Of a DNA stretch of 38,476 nt, positions 18,311 through 28,744 are shown piece by piece. The stretch is from positions 1 through 38,476 of the forward strand of contig JAQCEB010000005.1 in the NCBI GenBank assembly GCA_027729925.1. Direction: 5' to 3'. The translations under genes and the position numbers were made by a program. Source of the DNA: Actinomycetota bacterium. Lineage in GTDB: Bacteria > Actinomycetota > Acidimicrobiia > Actinomarinales > Actinomarinaceae. A model generated the notes under the pieces. The model ran no database searches and was not told the origin of the DNA. It was given only the letters and a program-made list of their open reading frames with translations. Position 1 is the stretch's first letter. Each line of letters opens with the position of its first letter.

Positions 18311-19537
18311 TTACTCAACTACCGGACTATTAAAACGTTCGTCATTATCACGTTGATCAAGAGGAACTTTTTTAAGAATTCTGTTTAGTAAAATTGGAGC
18401 GATAACAGTTGTATTTATAACCATCCATATAATTATAGAAATTATTTCCTCAGATATAACTGATGAAAGTGTAGTTGCAGCAACAGCCACAAAAATTAAT
18501 CCAACTTCACCTCTGGGTACCATTCCTATACCAATAATTGATGTGTTCATTCCTTTTCCTAGAGCTCCTAATGCGGATAAGTATTTTCCTACAAATGCTA
18601 ACAAGCTAACCACTGCTCCGTATAAAAATATGTCTAGTGAGGCAAGTACTTTTATATTCACTTCAGAACCTATATAAACAAAAAATATTGGAACTAATAA
18701 ATAATTAAGTGGTTTCAACTCTTCTCTTATTCTGTGAGTCATTCCAGATTCACCTGCCACAACTCCGCCTGCAAATGCTCCAACTATAGGATGTAATCCT
18801 ACAAAGTGTGCAGCAGCTCCAAGTAATGTTGCAAAAATAAAACTGCCTGTTACGAAAGTGCCTGCCGAAGGTATTTTGACAAAAGCATTAAATATTTTTG
18901 GAGAGAGCTTCCTACCTAGTAAAACAACTACTAATAAAAAGCCAATAGCCTTACCACTTATAAATAGTAAATCAATACCTGATAAAGCACCTCCGCTACC
19001 TAATAAACCAGCTACAACCGTTAAGATTAATAATCCAAGTATGTCATCAACCACAGCTGCTCCAATGATTGTTTTAGCTTCTTTAGATTTTAATGCTCCA
19101 AGGTCTCCAAAAACTCTAGCGGTTATACCTACTGAGGTAGCCGTCATTGCAGCACCTACGAACAAAGCTACTTCAAACTGATATTCATTGCCAAGGTTTA
19201 AAGCGTAAATTGCTCCAAAACCAAAAGCAAATGGAGCTATAACTCCAATTAACGCAACAAAAATAGAAGTTGAACCTAGCTGAATAAACTCATCTAATTT
19301 TGTTTCTAAGCCAACTTCAAAAAGTAATAAAACTACACCAATTTCAGCAAGTGTTGAAAACACATCGCCCGGTTGTGCATGAGGTAGTAAACCAAGACCA
19401 TAATATCCTATAATTACTCCAGCAAACAATTCTCCTATAACAGCAGGCTGATGTATTCTTCTCATAATCTCAGCACCAACTTTTGCAGCTACTAAAATTA
19501 CAGAAATTTCAAGAAAATTTTCAATTATTGTTTCCAT
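18311..19537 (-). CDS. Cation:proton antiporter (CPA2, NapA-like)
   Basis: QPAVIGE, LLFEVGLET, ATSVGI, GAAVVDD (DD motif) and GMVPRGEV. Confidence 0.93.
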   Translation of the reverse strand: METIIENFLEISVILVAAKVGAEIMRRIHQPAVIGELFAGVIIGYYGLGLLPHAQPGDVFSTLAEIGVVLLLFEVGLETKLDEFIQLGSTSIFVALIGVIAPFAFGFGAIYALNLGNEYQFEVALFVGAAMTATSVGITARVFGDLGALKSKEAKTIIGAAVVDDILGLLILTVVAGLLGSGGALSGIDLLFISGKAIGFLLVVVLLGRKLSPKIFNAFVKIPSAGTFVTGSFIFATLLGAAAHFVGLHPIVGAFAGGVVAGESGMTHRIREELKPLNYLLVPIFFVYIGSEVNIKVLASLDIFLYGAVVSLLAFVGKYLSALGALGKGMNTSIIGIGMVPRGEVGLIFVAVAATTLSSVISEEIISIIIWMVINTTVIAPILLNRILKKVPLDQRDNDERFNSPVVE

Positions 19538-19568
19538 AAGAATTTATTTTATATCTAGATAATATAAA

Positions 19569-19583
19569 TGATAAGTTATATAA
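19569..19583 (+). promoter_or_regulatory. Extended -10 promoter for a leaderless MFS-leuCD transcript
   Basis: TGa-TAAGTT lies exactly 6 nt before ATG 19584, with no Shine-Dalgarno sequence. Confidence 0.55.
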
Positions 19584-20900
19584 ATGAATGAAAAATCAAA
19601 ATCAAATTTCAATTTTCTTATTTCTGCTTCTGCATTTAGTAATCTTGCAGACGGAATAGCAGGTTTTGCTTATCCTTGGTTGTTTTCACTAATCACTAGA
19701 GACCCTCAGCTTATTTCATTTATCATCGTATGTAGTACATTACCTCATTTAATATTTGTACTATTTGCTGGAGTAATAGCCGATAGATTTAATAGAAAAT
19801 CAATTTTAATTTTTACTCGAGTTGCTCAAATAGTTTTATCAGGTTTTTACATTTTAGTAATATATTTAAATCTTGATTTAATCCCAAAATCAGTACAGAT
19901 TGTAGAACCTGAGTTTAAATCTAAGTTTTTGATAATTACAATTTCTTACATTTTAGCTTTAATATTTGGAGTATTAGAGGTTACTAGAGACAATGCTGCA
20001 CAATCTTTTCTTCCTCAAATTGTAGATAAAGAGAACTTACAAAAAGCAAATGGTAGATTGTTTGGAATAGAATTAGTAAGTAATAATTTTTTGGGTGCAC
20101 CTATTGCAGGTTTTTTAATTGGAATATCTCTAATTACCCCTTTTGTTGCAGATACGATTCTACTAATATTTTCTTCATTTTTTATTTTTAAAATTAAAGG
20201 AAATTTTAAAAGGGAAGATCTTACTAATTCTGAACAGAAAACAATTCCAATGATTAAAGATGGTATTAAGTGGTTAAAATCTCAAACTCTTCTAAAACGA
20301 TTAGCAGCTTATACTGGTTTAGCTAATTTTCTTGGAGCAATGCAGTATCCAATTATGGTTTTATTTGCCCAAGAAATTCTTAATTTAAATTCTGTTCAAT
20401 ATGCATTTTTAGCTTACGGGTCTGCATTAGGTGGGGTATTGGGAAGCTACTTTGCCGATAAAATTAATAATCAACTAAAGGAATCGAAAACTTTATTAAT
20501 TGGAATGTTTTTGTTTTCTATTGGAATGTTTTTACCTTATACAACAAAAAATGCTTTTCTAGTTGCATTTGCTTTTGGGTTAACAAGTTTTGGGTCGATC
20601 ATTTGGAATGTTCAAGCGGTATCAATAAGACAATCCATAATTCCTGATATTTTATTAGGAAGGGTTAATAGTGTTTACAGATTGCTTGCATTGGGCCTAA
20701 CGCCAATTGGTGCTTTTGTCGGTGGTACAATTGTCAAGTTAACAGAATCTAACTTCAGCAGAGAATTTGCACTTAGAATTCCTTTTTTATTAGCAGGTAT
20801 TTTTATGCTGGTTATTTTCTTGACTGCATTAAAACTTCTTTCACAAAATCTGATTGATAAAACGAAAAATAATGCTTTAAATCAAATTTCTGAAGATTAA
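19584..20900 (+). CDS. MFS transporter (DHA3/Tap-like)
   Basis: AGVIADRFNRK motif A, LPQIV....L..AN, RQ..IP..LLGRV; about 12 TM segments. Confidence 0.88.
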   Translation: MNEKSKSNFNFLISASAFSNLADGIAGFAYPWLFSLITRDPQLISFIIVCSTLPHLIFVLFAGVIADRFNRKSILIFTRVAQIVLSGFYILVIYLNLDLIPKSVQIVEPEFKSKFLIITISYILALIFGVLEVTRDNAAQSFLPQIVDKENLQKANGRLFGIELVSNNFLGAPIAGFLIGISLITPFVADTILLIFSSFFIFKIKGNFKREDLTNSEQKTIPMIKDGIKWLKSQTLLKRLAAYTGLANFLGAMQYPIMVLFAQEILNLNSVQYAFLAYGSALGGVLGSYFADKINNQLKESKTLLIGMFLFSIGMFLPYTTKNAFLVAFAFGLTSFGSIIWNVQAVSIRQSIIPDILLGRVNSVYRLLALGLTPIGAFVGGTIVKLTESNFSREFALRIPFLLAGIFMLVIFLTALKLLSQNLIDKTKNNALNQISED

Positions 20901-20915
20901 GATAGAAATTTAGAG

Positions 20916-22313
20916 ATGTCAAAAACACTTTTTGAAAAAATTTGGGAAAATCATTTAGTTGCTTCTGTAGATGAAAGTACAAATTTAGTATTTATAGATT
21001 TACATTTAGTTCATGAAGTAACATCACCTCAAGCTTTTGATAGCTTAAGAATTGCTGGTAGAAAAGTTAAGCATCCTGAATTAACCCTTGCAACTGTAGA
21101 CCATGGTGTACCTACTTCAAATAGAGTTTTAGGAATCAAAGATCCGCTCTCAAAAATTCAGATTGATGCTTTAGATAATAATTGCAAAGAATTTGGGGTA
21201 ACACTTTTTGGTATTAATGACCCTAGACAAGGAATTGTCCATGTGATTGGTCCGGAACAAGGATTAACACAACCTGGAATGACAATAGTCTGTGGAGATA
21301 GTCATACAGCTACCCATGGTGCGTTTGGTGCACTTGCATTTGGTATAGGAACTTCTGAAGTGGAGCATGTTCTTGCAACCCAAACTCTTGCTATGGAAAA
21401 ACCAAAAACGATGAAAGTCGAAGTTACTGGAATGTTATCCAAAGGAGTTGGTCCTAAGGATTTAATACTTGGAATTATAAGAAAAATTGGTACTGGAGGT
21501 GGTGCGGGTCATGTAATCGAATACACGGGTGAAGCAATAAAAAATATGAGTATGGAAAATCGAATGACTATATGCAATATGAGTATAGAAGGCGGAGCGA
21601 GAGCTGGAATGATTGCACCAGACGAAATTACTTTTAATTATCTTAAAAACAAAAACTACGCTCCTAAATATGAGGATTGGGATGATGCAATATCTGAATG
21701 GTCAGAATTATATTCAGATATAGATGCAATTTTTGATAAAACAATAATTATTGATGCGTCAGAGATAGAACCTTCTATATCTTGGGGTACTAATCCATCA
21801 CAAATTATTTTTGTAAATGATGTAATTCCAAAACCTGATGATTTTGAAAATGAAAGTGAGCAAGAAGCAGCTAAGAGAGCTCTAGAATATATGGATTTAA
21901 AACCTGGTCAAAAAATAAATGAAATTTCTTTAGACAGAGTGTTTATAGGTAGCTGTACAAATGGCAGAATAGAAGATTTAAGAGCAGCTGCTGAGATTGT
22001 AAAAGGAAAGAAGGTTTTTCAAAACATAAATGCTATGGTCGTGCCCGGCTCTACAGTAGTTAAAAAACAGGCTGAAGATGAAGGATTAGACAAGATTTTT
22101 ATTGATGCTGGTTTTGATTGGAGAGAGGCGGGATGCTCAATGTGTCTTGGTATGAATCCTGATATTCTTTTGCCTGGAGAAAGATGTGCTTCAACATCTA
22201 ATCGAAATTATGAAGGAAGACAAGGTGTCGGTGGCAGAACTCACTTAGTAAGCCCTGTTATGGCTGCTGCAGCTGCGATACATGGACATTTTATTGACAT
22301 AAGAAATATTTAA
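20916..22313 (+). CDS. leuC: 3-isopropylmalate dehydratase large subunit
   Basis: [34 protein letters not shown] and STSNRN.EGRQG. Confidence 0.98.
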   Translation: MSKTLFEKIWENHLVASVDESTNLVFIDLHLVHEVTSPQAFDSLRIAGRKVKHPELTLATVDHGVPTSNRVLGIKDPLSKIQIDALDNNCKEFGVTLFGINDPRQGIVHVIGPEQGLTQPGMTIVCGDSHTATHGAFGALAFGIGTSEVEHVLATQTLAMEKPKTMKVEVTGMLSKGVGPKDLILGIIRKIGTGGGAGHVIEYTGEAIKNMSMENRMTICNMSIEGGARAGMIAPDEITFNYLKNKNYAPKYEDWDDAISEWSELYSDIDAIFDKTIIIDASEIEPSISWGTNPSQIIFVNDVIPKPDDFENESEQEAAKRALEYMDLKPGQKINEISLDRVFIGSCTNGRIEDLRAAAEIVKGKKVFQNINAMVVPGSTVVKKQAEDEGLDKIFIDAGFDWREAGCSMCLGMNPDILLPGERCASTSNRNYEGRQGVGGRTHLVSPVMAAAAAIHGHFIDIRNI

Positions 22314-22901
22314 ATGAAAAAAATCAATACTTTTAAATCAACAATGCTTCCTCTAGCCATGTCAAATGTTGATACAGATCAAATTATGCCAAAACAATTT
22401 TTAAAAAGAGTTGAAAGGACTGGATATGGTGAATTTTTATTTTTTGACTGGAAAAAAGATCCTTCATTTGTATTAAACAATGAAAAATATCGAGATGCAA
22501 AAGTTTTGATAGCAGGAGATAATTTTGGGACAGGATCTTCAAGAGAACATGCACCATGGGGTTTACAAGATTGGGGTTTCGATGCAATTATATCAACAAA
22601 ATTTGCAGACATATTTAGGTTAAATTCTATAAATATAGGTTTAATCCCTATTGAAACTACAAAGCAAAATGTTGATTATTTGTTTGAACAAATCGAAGAA
22701 GATCCTAAATGTAATATTGAAATTTCAGTAGAAAACAAATCTGTTAGGTGCAAAAATTTAGAGTTTAATTTTCAATTAGATGAATTTTCACAAAACAGAA
22801 TTTTGAATGGTTTAGACAAGATTGATTTCAGCCTCAAATATTCAGAAGAGATCCAGAAATTTTTTAACAATCGTAAGCCTTGGAAGCCTAAATTAACTTA
22901 G
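22314..22901 (+). CDS. leuD: 3-isopropylmalate dehydratase small subunit
   Basis: NVDTDQI.PKQFL, NFG.GSSREHA and FADIF..N; abuts leuC. Confidence 0.97.
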   Translation: MKKINTFKSTMLPLAMSNVDTDQIMPKQFLKRVERTGYGEFLFFDWKKDPSFVLNNEKYRDAKVLIAGDNFGTGSSREHAPWGLQDWGFDAIISTKFADIFRLNSINIGLIPIETTKQNVDYLFEQIEEDPKCNIEISVENKSVRCKNLEFNFQLDEFSQNRILNGLDKIDFSLKYSEEIQKFFNNRKPWKPKLT

Positions 22902-23991
22902 ATAAAGTAAGACTTAAACTTTCAGCAACTTCCTCAGAAAGTAATAATCCATTGTAAAGTTGTAGTGAACTATTTAAATTTGGATTATTTCTATACTTCT
23001 CAAACCAATCTTCTTCAAGCAAATGCCCCACATAATTCTGTAATGAATTAGAAAGTTCAATTGAAGATGTTTTAGGAACAGCTCCAGGGAGATTGGCAAT
23101 AGCTGATAATATAATTCCATTTCTATTTTCATATGGTTCAGAATGTGAGTTTGAAGCAACACCTTCGACACAGCCTCCTTGGTCAATTGCAACATCAATA
23201 ACAACTGACCCTTTTTGCATATGAGAAAGATCTTCATTTGTTATAACAACTGGAGGTCTTTTACCTGGAACTAATACGGCACCGATTAATAAATCTGCAT
23301 CTCTTATTGCTTTAGTGGCTTCTTGGGTATTACTCAGGTAAGTATTTATTTTATCACCATAGGTTTTTTTAAGACTTTCTAAAGTTTCACCCTTAATATC
23401 AATAGCATTTACTTTTGCTCCAATTTGTATTGATTTTTTAATTGAACTTTGACCTACTATTCCACAACCTACTACAGTCACAGTTCCATTTTGTTTACTA
23501 CTTATCGAAGATAGAAGTAATCCTTTACCCCCAGAATTAAATTCTAAAAATTGCATACCTTTTTGAACTGCAAGATTTCCTGCAATTTTAGACATTGGAA
23601 TTAATAATGGATATTCATCTTCCTCTTTAATCATCTCAGTGGCAATACCAGTTACTTTCAGCTCTAAAAGTTTTTTAGTTAGCATTAGATTTGAAGCTAA
23701 ATGTAAATAGCCAAATAAAACATGATCGGATTTAATTCTGTTGAACTCCTCTTCTTGAGGTTCTTTAACTTTACAAATTATCTCAGAAATTTCGTATAAC
23801 TCATCTGCTGTATTTACGATTTTTGCTCCCGCTTTTACATATTCTTCATCAGTAAATCCTGAACTAAGACCCGCATTAGATTCTACGAAAATATCGGCTT
23901 GACCAGTAAATTGTGTTATATGTTCGGGTATTAAGCTAACCCTTCCTTCGTCTTTTTTAACTTCTTTAGGAATGCCTAGTTTTTTAATCAT
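22888..23991 (-). CDS. ald: Alanine dehydrogenase
   Basis: GIPKE.K..E.RV, KVKEP, YLHLA, L.PMS.IAG, G.GIVG, GAVLVPG, DVAIDQGGC and AN.PGAVP.TS. Confidence 0.95.
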   Translation of the reverse strand: MIKKLGIPKEVKKDEGRVSLIPEHITQFTGQADIFVESNAGLSSGFTDEEYVKAGAKIVNTADELYEISEIICKVKEPQEEEFNRIKSDHVLFGYLHLASNLMLTKKLLELKVTGIATEMIKEEDEYPLLIPMSKIAGNLAVQKGMQFLEFNSGGKGLLLSSISSKQNGTVTVVGCGIVGQSSIKKSIQIGAKVNAIDIKGETLESLKKTYGDKINTYLSNTQEATKAIRDADLLIGAVLVPGKRPPVVITNEDLSHMQKGSVVIDVAIDQGGCVEGVASNSHSEPYENRNGIILSAIANLPGAVPKTSSIELSNSLQNYVGHLLEEDWFEKYRNNPNLNSSLQLYNGLLLSEEVAESLSLTLSKLI

Positions 23992-25105
23992 TACTTGGAA
24001 CAGTTTCTTGTAAATGCTTATCTAAGTATTTCATAAATGGTGTTCCGCCGGTACCTACAATATTTGAATTAGAGTTGTTTGTTAAAGATTGTTCAAATAT
24101 ATAAACTCTTGCATACTCAAGATGCTTGTTACGAAAGATATGTACTTGTTCAATTATTGAATTCAATATTTCAACATGAGAGTGGTCCAAATTTTTTACA
24201 ATTTCTTTCCTATTATTCATAGACCACTGATCTAATTCATTCAATAAGACTCTGTGCTCTTTTGGCATGTAGGTTCTCATTTCATCTAGATACTCTCTCA
24301 GTGGGTCGTTAGAGTGTGTTACCCCTAACAACGCATCTAGCATTGGCACAATAGAACTTTGTGCTCCTGTTTCACCTCTAAATGAAACAGGTTTGTTTCC
24401 GTACTCTTCAACTCCTTCATAAATTACTCCATTAGGAGTAGCTGGATTATTTTTCCAACCGAAAATATAAGGTCGAACTCTGTTGTAGTAGATGAAAGGA
24501 TCGCATTTTTCAGGCATTCTATTCATAATTTCATTTATTTTTTTTATACTATTTAAAGCAATTTGTAATTTTTCAATTTCAAATGAACCGTTAAAAAAAT
24601 AATCCTTCAAACTTCCTAGAATATGCTTTGCTTCATGTTCTATCGCTACATGAATCATGATGAACCAATCTTCGTCAACACCTCCTAAAAAATTTTGCAA
24701 AATTTCAATATTTTCAAGTTCAAAAGGTTTTTCTTTATTTAACAATCGCCAATTATTCAATGCATATGAAGCATATGAGAGGATTGGAGGCCTATCAAGT
24801 TGTTGAGCTATTTTATGCCAAGTTAACGCTATTTGTTCTGGAATAATATTTTCTTCATTTTTCTTACCCCACATATAAGCGTGGCCAATATAAGAATAAA
24901 GAAGCATAGCCCTTTCAAGTTGGCTAGAGTTTAAATTTGATATATCTTTATGAATTTCAAGTTTTAAAACACTTTCTTCTATCTGCTCATTGCCAAGTAC
25001 CTTAGGTAATTGATTAGCCAAATTTTCAACGTCTTCAAAGCCTTCAGGAAGATTTTCTGAAATTTCTTTTGGTATAAATCCCATATCTAAAATTTCTAGG
25101 TTCAT
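23984..25105 (-). CDS. Indoleamine 2,3-dioxygenase family heme enzyme
   Basis: RPPILSYA..AL.NW, DEDWF..IHVAIE, YNRVRPYI.GWK, GETGAQSS, MR.YMP..HR, proximal His in FRNKH, and GTGGT. Confidence 0.9.
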   Translation of the reverse strand: MNLEILDMGFIPKEISENLPEGFEDVENLANQLPKVLGNEQIEESVLKLEIHKDISNLNSSQLERAMLLYSYIGHAYMWGKKNEENIIPEQIALTWHKIAQQLDRPPILSYASYALNNWRLLNKEKPFELENIEILQNFLGGVDEDWFIMIHVAIEHEAKHILGSLKDYFFNGSFEIEKLQIALNSIKKINEIMNRMPEKCDPFIYYNRVRPYIFGWKNNPATPNGVIYEGVEEYGNKPVSFRGETGAQSSIVPMLDALLGVTHSNDPLREYLDEMRTYMPKEHRVLLNELDQWSMNNRKEIVKNLDHSHVEILNSIIEQVHIFRNKHLEYARVYIFEQSLTNNSNSNIVGTGGTPFMKYLDKHLQETVPSND

Positions 25106-25166
25106 TTCATCTCCAGTTTACAAAATTTTTACTATCAGATTCAATGGTAAACTATCTTTAAATAAG

Positions 25167-26660
25167 ATGGGAAAAAAATTTTTTTTAATATTAGGTAATC
25201 AATTATTTAATCCTTCAATCCTAAAAAAACTAAATTGTGATGAGGTATTTATGGCTGAAGATGAAGGTTTGTGTACTTATGTAAAACATCATAAATTAAA
25301 ATTATTGTTTTTTCTTACTGCAATGAGGGATTATAAAAACGAACTTGAAAATAATAATATTAAAGTTAACTACTTCAAGTTAGATGAAAGATCAGATTTT
25401 AAAAATTATGTTGATTTTTTTGTAAGTTATCTGAATAAAAGAAAAATTGATAAAATTCATATGTTTCATATTGAGGATAAATTTCTTGAAATTGAAATAA
25501 TAAATAAACTTCAAAAAAATAATATTTCTTTTCAAATTGAAAAAAACCCTAATTTTATATTTACCCCTGAGGAGTTCAACAGCTTTACTAAATCTACAAA
25601 AGTTTATCGTATGGTTTCTTTTTACAAACAATCAAGAACAAAATTAAATATACTTTTAGACGAAAATATGAATCCACTTGGTGGGAAATGGTCGTTTGAT
25701 GAAGAAAACAGAAAAAAAATTCCAAAAAATAAATTACTTCCCACAGAAATACAACATAAACCTAGTGTAAATTTGAAAGAAGTTAAAAACTTAATTTCAA
25801 AAAGGTTTAGTAAACATCCTGGAGAATTAGAAAATGTTTGGTTTCCTACAACTAGAAAACAATCCGAGCAACATTTAGATTTCTTTCTAGAAAAAAAATA
25901 TTTGCACTTCGGAGACTATGAAGATGCCGTAGTAGAAAATACAAATTTTTTATTTCATAGTTCAATAAGTCCAATGTTAAATGTAGGGCTTTTAGACCCA
26001 AATAAAGTGGTGAAAAAAGCCTTACGGTTTGGTAAAGAAAATAATATTCCTATCAATTCTATTGAAGGTTTTATAAGACAAATTATTGGTTGGCGAGAAT
26101 TTGTTAGAGGAATTTATCAAGCAAAAGGAGAACTCCAATATAATTCAAATTTTTGGAATCATAACAATAAACTAAGTGAATCTTGGTATAAAGGAACTAC
26201 TGGATTAGAACCTCTTGACGACATAATAAAATCTGTTAACAAAGATGGTTATACACACCATATCCCTCGGTTGATGATTTTAAGTAATATTATGAATCTT
26301 TCGAGAATTCACCCAAAAGAAATCTATAAATGGTTTATGGAGATGTTTATTGATTCATCTGATTGGGTTATGGTACCCAATGTTTTTGGAATGGCAACAT
26401 ATTCGGACGGTGGTTTAATGTCAACAAAACCCTACACATGTGGTTCAAACTATATCTTAAAAATGAGTAATTATTCGAGAGGTGATTGGTGTGATGTTGT
26501 TGATGGTCTTTATTGGAAATTTACTGAAGACAATTTAGAATTTTATAAATCTAATCCACGACTTTCTGTATTGTCTAAAAATTTAGAAAGGATGAATCCC
26601 GAGAGAAAAAAAGATATCTTTCAAAAAGCTGAAAATTTTATTTCAAATAATACTAAATAG
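25167..26660 (+). CDS. PhrB/CryB-type prokaryotic (6-4) photolyase (COG3046), variant lacking the Fe-S cluster
   Basis: LILGNQLF, HH..K...F..AMR, GGKWSFD..NR, FG.YEDA, LFHS, EGFIRQIIGWRE, HHI.RLM and KPY....NYI.KMS.Y. Confidence 0.92.
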   Translation: MGKKFFLILGNQLFNPSILKKLNCDEVFMAEDEGLCTYVKHHKLKLLFFLTAMRDYKNELENNNIKVNYFKLDERSDFKNYVDFFVSYLNKRKIDKIHMFHIEDKFLEIEIINKLQKNNISFQIEKNPNFIFTPEEFNSFTKSTKVYRMVSFYKQSRTKLNILLDENMNPLGGKWSFDEENRKKIPKNKLLPTEIQHKPSVNLKEVKNLISKRFSKHPGELENVWFPTTRKQSEQHLDFFLEKKYLHFGDYEDAVVENTNFLFHSSISPMLNVGLLDPNKVVKKALRFGKENNIPINSIEGFIRQIIGWREFVRGIYQAKGELQYNSNFWNHNNKLSESWYKGTTGLEPLDDIIKSVNKDGYTHHIPRLMILSNIMNLSRIHPKEIYKWFMEMFIDSSDWVMVPNVFGMATYSDGGLMSTKPYTCGSNYILKMSNYSRGDWCDVVDGLYWKFTEDNLEFYKSNPRLSVLSKNLERMNPERKKDIFQKAENFISNNTK

Positions 26661-27435
26661 TTTTAGCTATATGGTTTCTAAAAATAATTGGGTCATCGGT
26701 TATTACACCATCACATCCAGTATTCAAAACTTCATCAAACTCTTGAATTGTATTAACCGCCCAAACATGGAGTTGTAATTTATTCAATGTACAAAAATTA
26801 ACTAATTTTTTTGAATACACTTTTAACCCCCTCCATATGTAAGGAGCTTGTAGTGCAGCAATACCTAAATCTCTTTTTTTAATTCTTGTAAACTTAGCTA
26901 TAAAATTTTCTCTAAAACTACCTGAAGTTAACACCTGTCCTTTAGAAACTTTTCTAAACTCATCTAATCGCTTAGGACTAAATGAAGAAACTAAAACTCG
27001 GTTTAAGGAATTCGTTTTTTTTAGTATTTTAAAAAGCTTTTCAGCCATTCCAGCTTGTTTTAAATCTAGATTAAATTTTAAATTTGAATAATTTACTAAA
27101 GCGTCTTCTAATCTTACAAATTCTGTTGACTTTTCTGGTTGATTATTTGATTGATAGAACTTATATCCAGCATTAATTTTTTGGACCTCATGCCAAGTAA
27201 ATTCGTTTACTTTGCCTGTTACATTAGTAGTTCTATCAAAAGTATCATCATGGTGTAAAAATATGACACCGTCTTTAGACATTCTTAAATCAGTTTCAAA
27301 ATGAGAAAATTTTTCAGCACTTATAAAGTTGAGTCCGTCCAAAGTATTCTCTGGTACAACTTTAGCTCCACCTCTGTGTGGAATGATAAGTGGTTTATCA
27401 CCTGAAAAATATTGGTGATTAACCTGCAACTCCAC
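26653..27435 (-). CDS. Glycerophosphodiester phosphodiesterase
   Basis: HRGG...PENT, ETDL..SKDG...LHHD, N.DLK, SSF, W.VN and DGVITD.P. Confidence 0.92.
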   Translation of the reverse strand: MELQVNHQYFSGDKPLIIPHRGGAKVVPENTLDGLNFISAEKFSHFETDLRMSKDGVIFLHHDDTFDRTTNVTGKVNEFTWHEVQKINAGYKFYQSNNQPEKSTEFVRLEDALVNYSNLKFNLDLKQAGMAEKLFKILKKTNSLNRVLVSSFSPKRLDEFRKVSKGQVLTSGSFRENFIAKFTRIKKRDLGIAALQAPYIWRGLKVYSKKLVNFCTLNKLQLHVWAVNTIQEFDEVLNTGCDGVITDDPIIFRNHIAKTI

Positions 27436-28744
27436 CAGTAAAATTAAACTCTTTTAGATGAAGAGCTGGTACGTTTAATATACCTTCGCCAAATTCAGAG
27501 TCCGCATATCTAGAATTATTACCAACACCCAATACATTTCCTTTTGACAATGAAGATATAAAACTTTGTGTAAATCTTAATCTTCCAATTGGCTTTATAA
27601 TTTTTCCATTTTCAATTAAAAAAGAGCCATTTCTATTCAATCCAGTAACAACTTGGGTTATAGGATCTAAAACTCTGCAATACCAAAACTCGTTAATGTA
27701 AATTCCATTTTTTACTTCAGAAATCATTTCTTCTAGGCTTTTAGAGCCAGCCTTAAGTTTTAGATTGGTACCTATCCCCCCAAAACTTTCTCCCCATCCA
27801 AAAAGTTCATGAAAAGTGTTCTGTGCATTCAATTCTTTAGAAGTTCTCCTGGTATGAAAATAATTGCTTGATACTCCGTTTTTAATTATTTCTAAGTTGT
27901 TTTTCTTAGACCCAGATGCATCGATTTTAAATCCTATTGAATCAAAATCTTCAGGTGTATCAAGTAAAGTAATTTTTTCGTCAAATTGTTGTTCATTTAA
28001 TACAATTGGACTCATACCGTCAACTTTACTTTTTGCATTGAAACCATATACTGCAAGAAATACAAGAATGGTACTTACAGCTTCATTACCAAGTATTACT
28101 TCATATTTTCCTGGATTAATATCTTCAGGATTTTGGCCTTCCCTTGCAAGTTTTGAGGCTTCGTTACCGGCTTTTTTAGAATCTAATTCATTTAAACTCT
28201 TCGCACCACGGTGTGATGATCCAGCAGAATTCTCGGTTCTAAAAATCCCGTCAATAAATGCACTTGAACTTGAATCACTCGAACTTAATCCATTTGAGTT
28301 CCAAACAAAAAAATTATCTACACTAGTTGAGCAGTATCCAGCAGAATTTAATTCACTTCCGCTACTTATAAACTCTTTTACTTTTAGAGCTCTCTCATCT
28401 GGGCTTGATTCTTCAATTTTTGTTAAATTATTATAAGAATTATCTTTATTAGCTAAACCAGCCCAGCCTTTATCAACAGGTGAGTTTTCAAGAGATTTTT
28501 CTGCTTTTTCAATAAAACTTTTAACTTCTTTAATAGCAGTTATATTGCTTGAAATAGTTGTAGTCTTCATGTTTCTATGAAGTGTTAAGTAAACTTCTGC
28601 TGATTCTTCATCAACATTTTGATGTATATGAGAATTGGCAAATCTAGTTAATGCACTTTTTGAGTGCATCATTTTTATTTCATATTCTGTATTGCTAGAA
28701 AGATAGTCTTTTGCTTCACTTAAAAATTCTTCCCAAATTTTCAT
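27419..28744 (-). CDS. TldD/PmbA family, TldE-like non-catalytic partner
   Basis: LTRFANS.IHQN, PGKYEVIL, WY.R.LDP and TGL.R.G.FLIENG; no HExxxH; ATGA overlap with tldD. Confidence 0.88.
   Translation of the reverse strand: MKIWEEFLSEAKDYLSSNTEYEIKMMHSKSALTRFANSHIHQNVDEESAEVYLTLHRNMKTTTISSNITAIKEVKSFIEKAEKSLENSPVDKGWAGLANKDNSYNNLTKIEESSPDERALKVKEFISSGSELNSAGYCSTSVDNFFVWNSNGLSSSDSSSSAFIDGIFRTENSAGSSHRGAKSLNELDSKKAGNEASKLAREGQNPEDINPGKYEVILGNEAVSTILVFLAVYGFNAKSKVDGMSPIVLNEQQFDEKITLLDTPEDFDSIGFKIDASGSKKNNLEIIKNGVSSNYFHTRRTSKELNAQNTFHELFGWGESFGGIGTNLKLKAGSKSLEEMISEVKNGIYINEFWYCRVLDPITQVVTGLNRNGSFLIENGKIIKPIGRLRFTQSFISSLSKGNVLGVGNNSRYADSEFGEGILNVPALHLKEFNFTGGVAG

Noticed and set aside
20499-20533. 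14-bp direct repeat ATTGGAATGTTTTT, two copies
   Set aside because: It encodes IGMF twice within a TM helix; with only two copies it is neither CRISPR nor a regulatory array.
19584-20915. Leucine attenuator or leader peptide for leuCD
   Set aside because: Only 15 nt separate the MFS from leuC, and no Leu-rich leader or terminator is visible.
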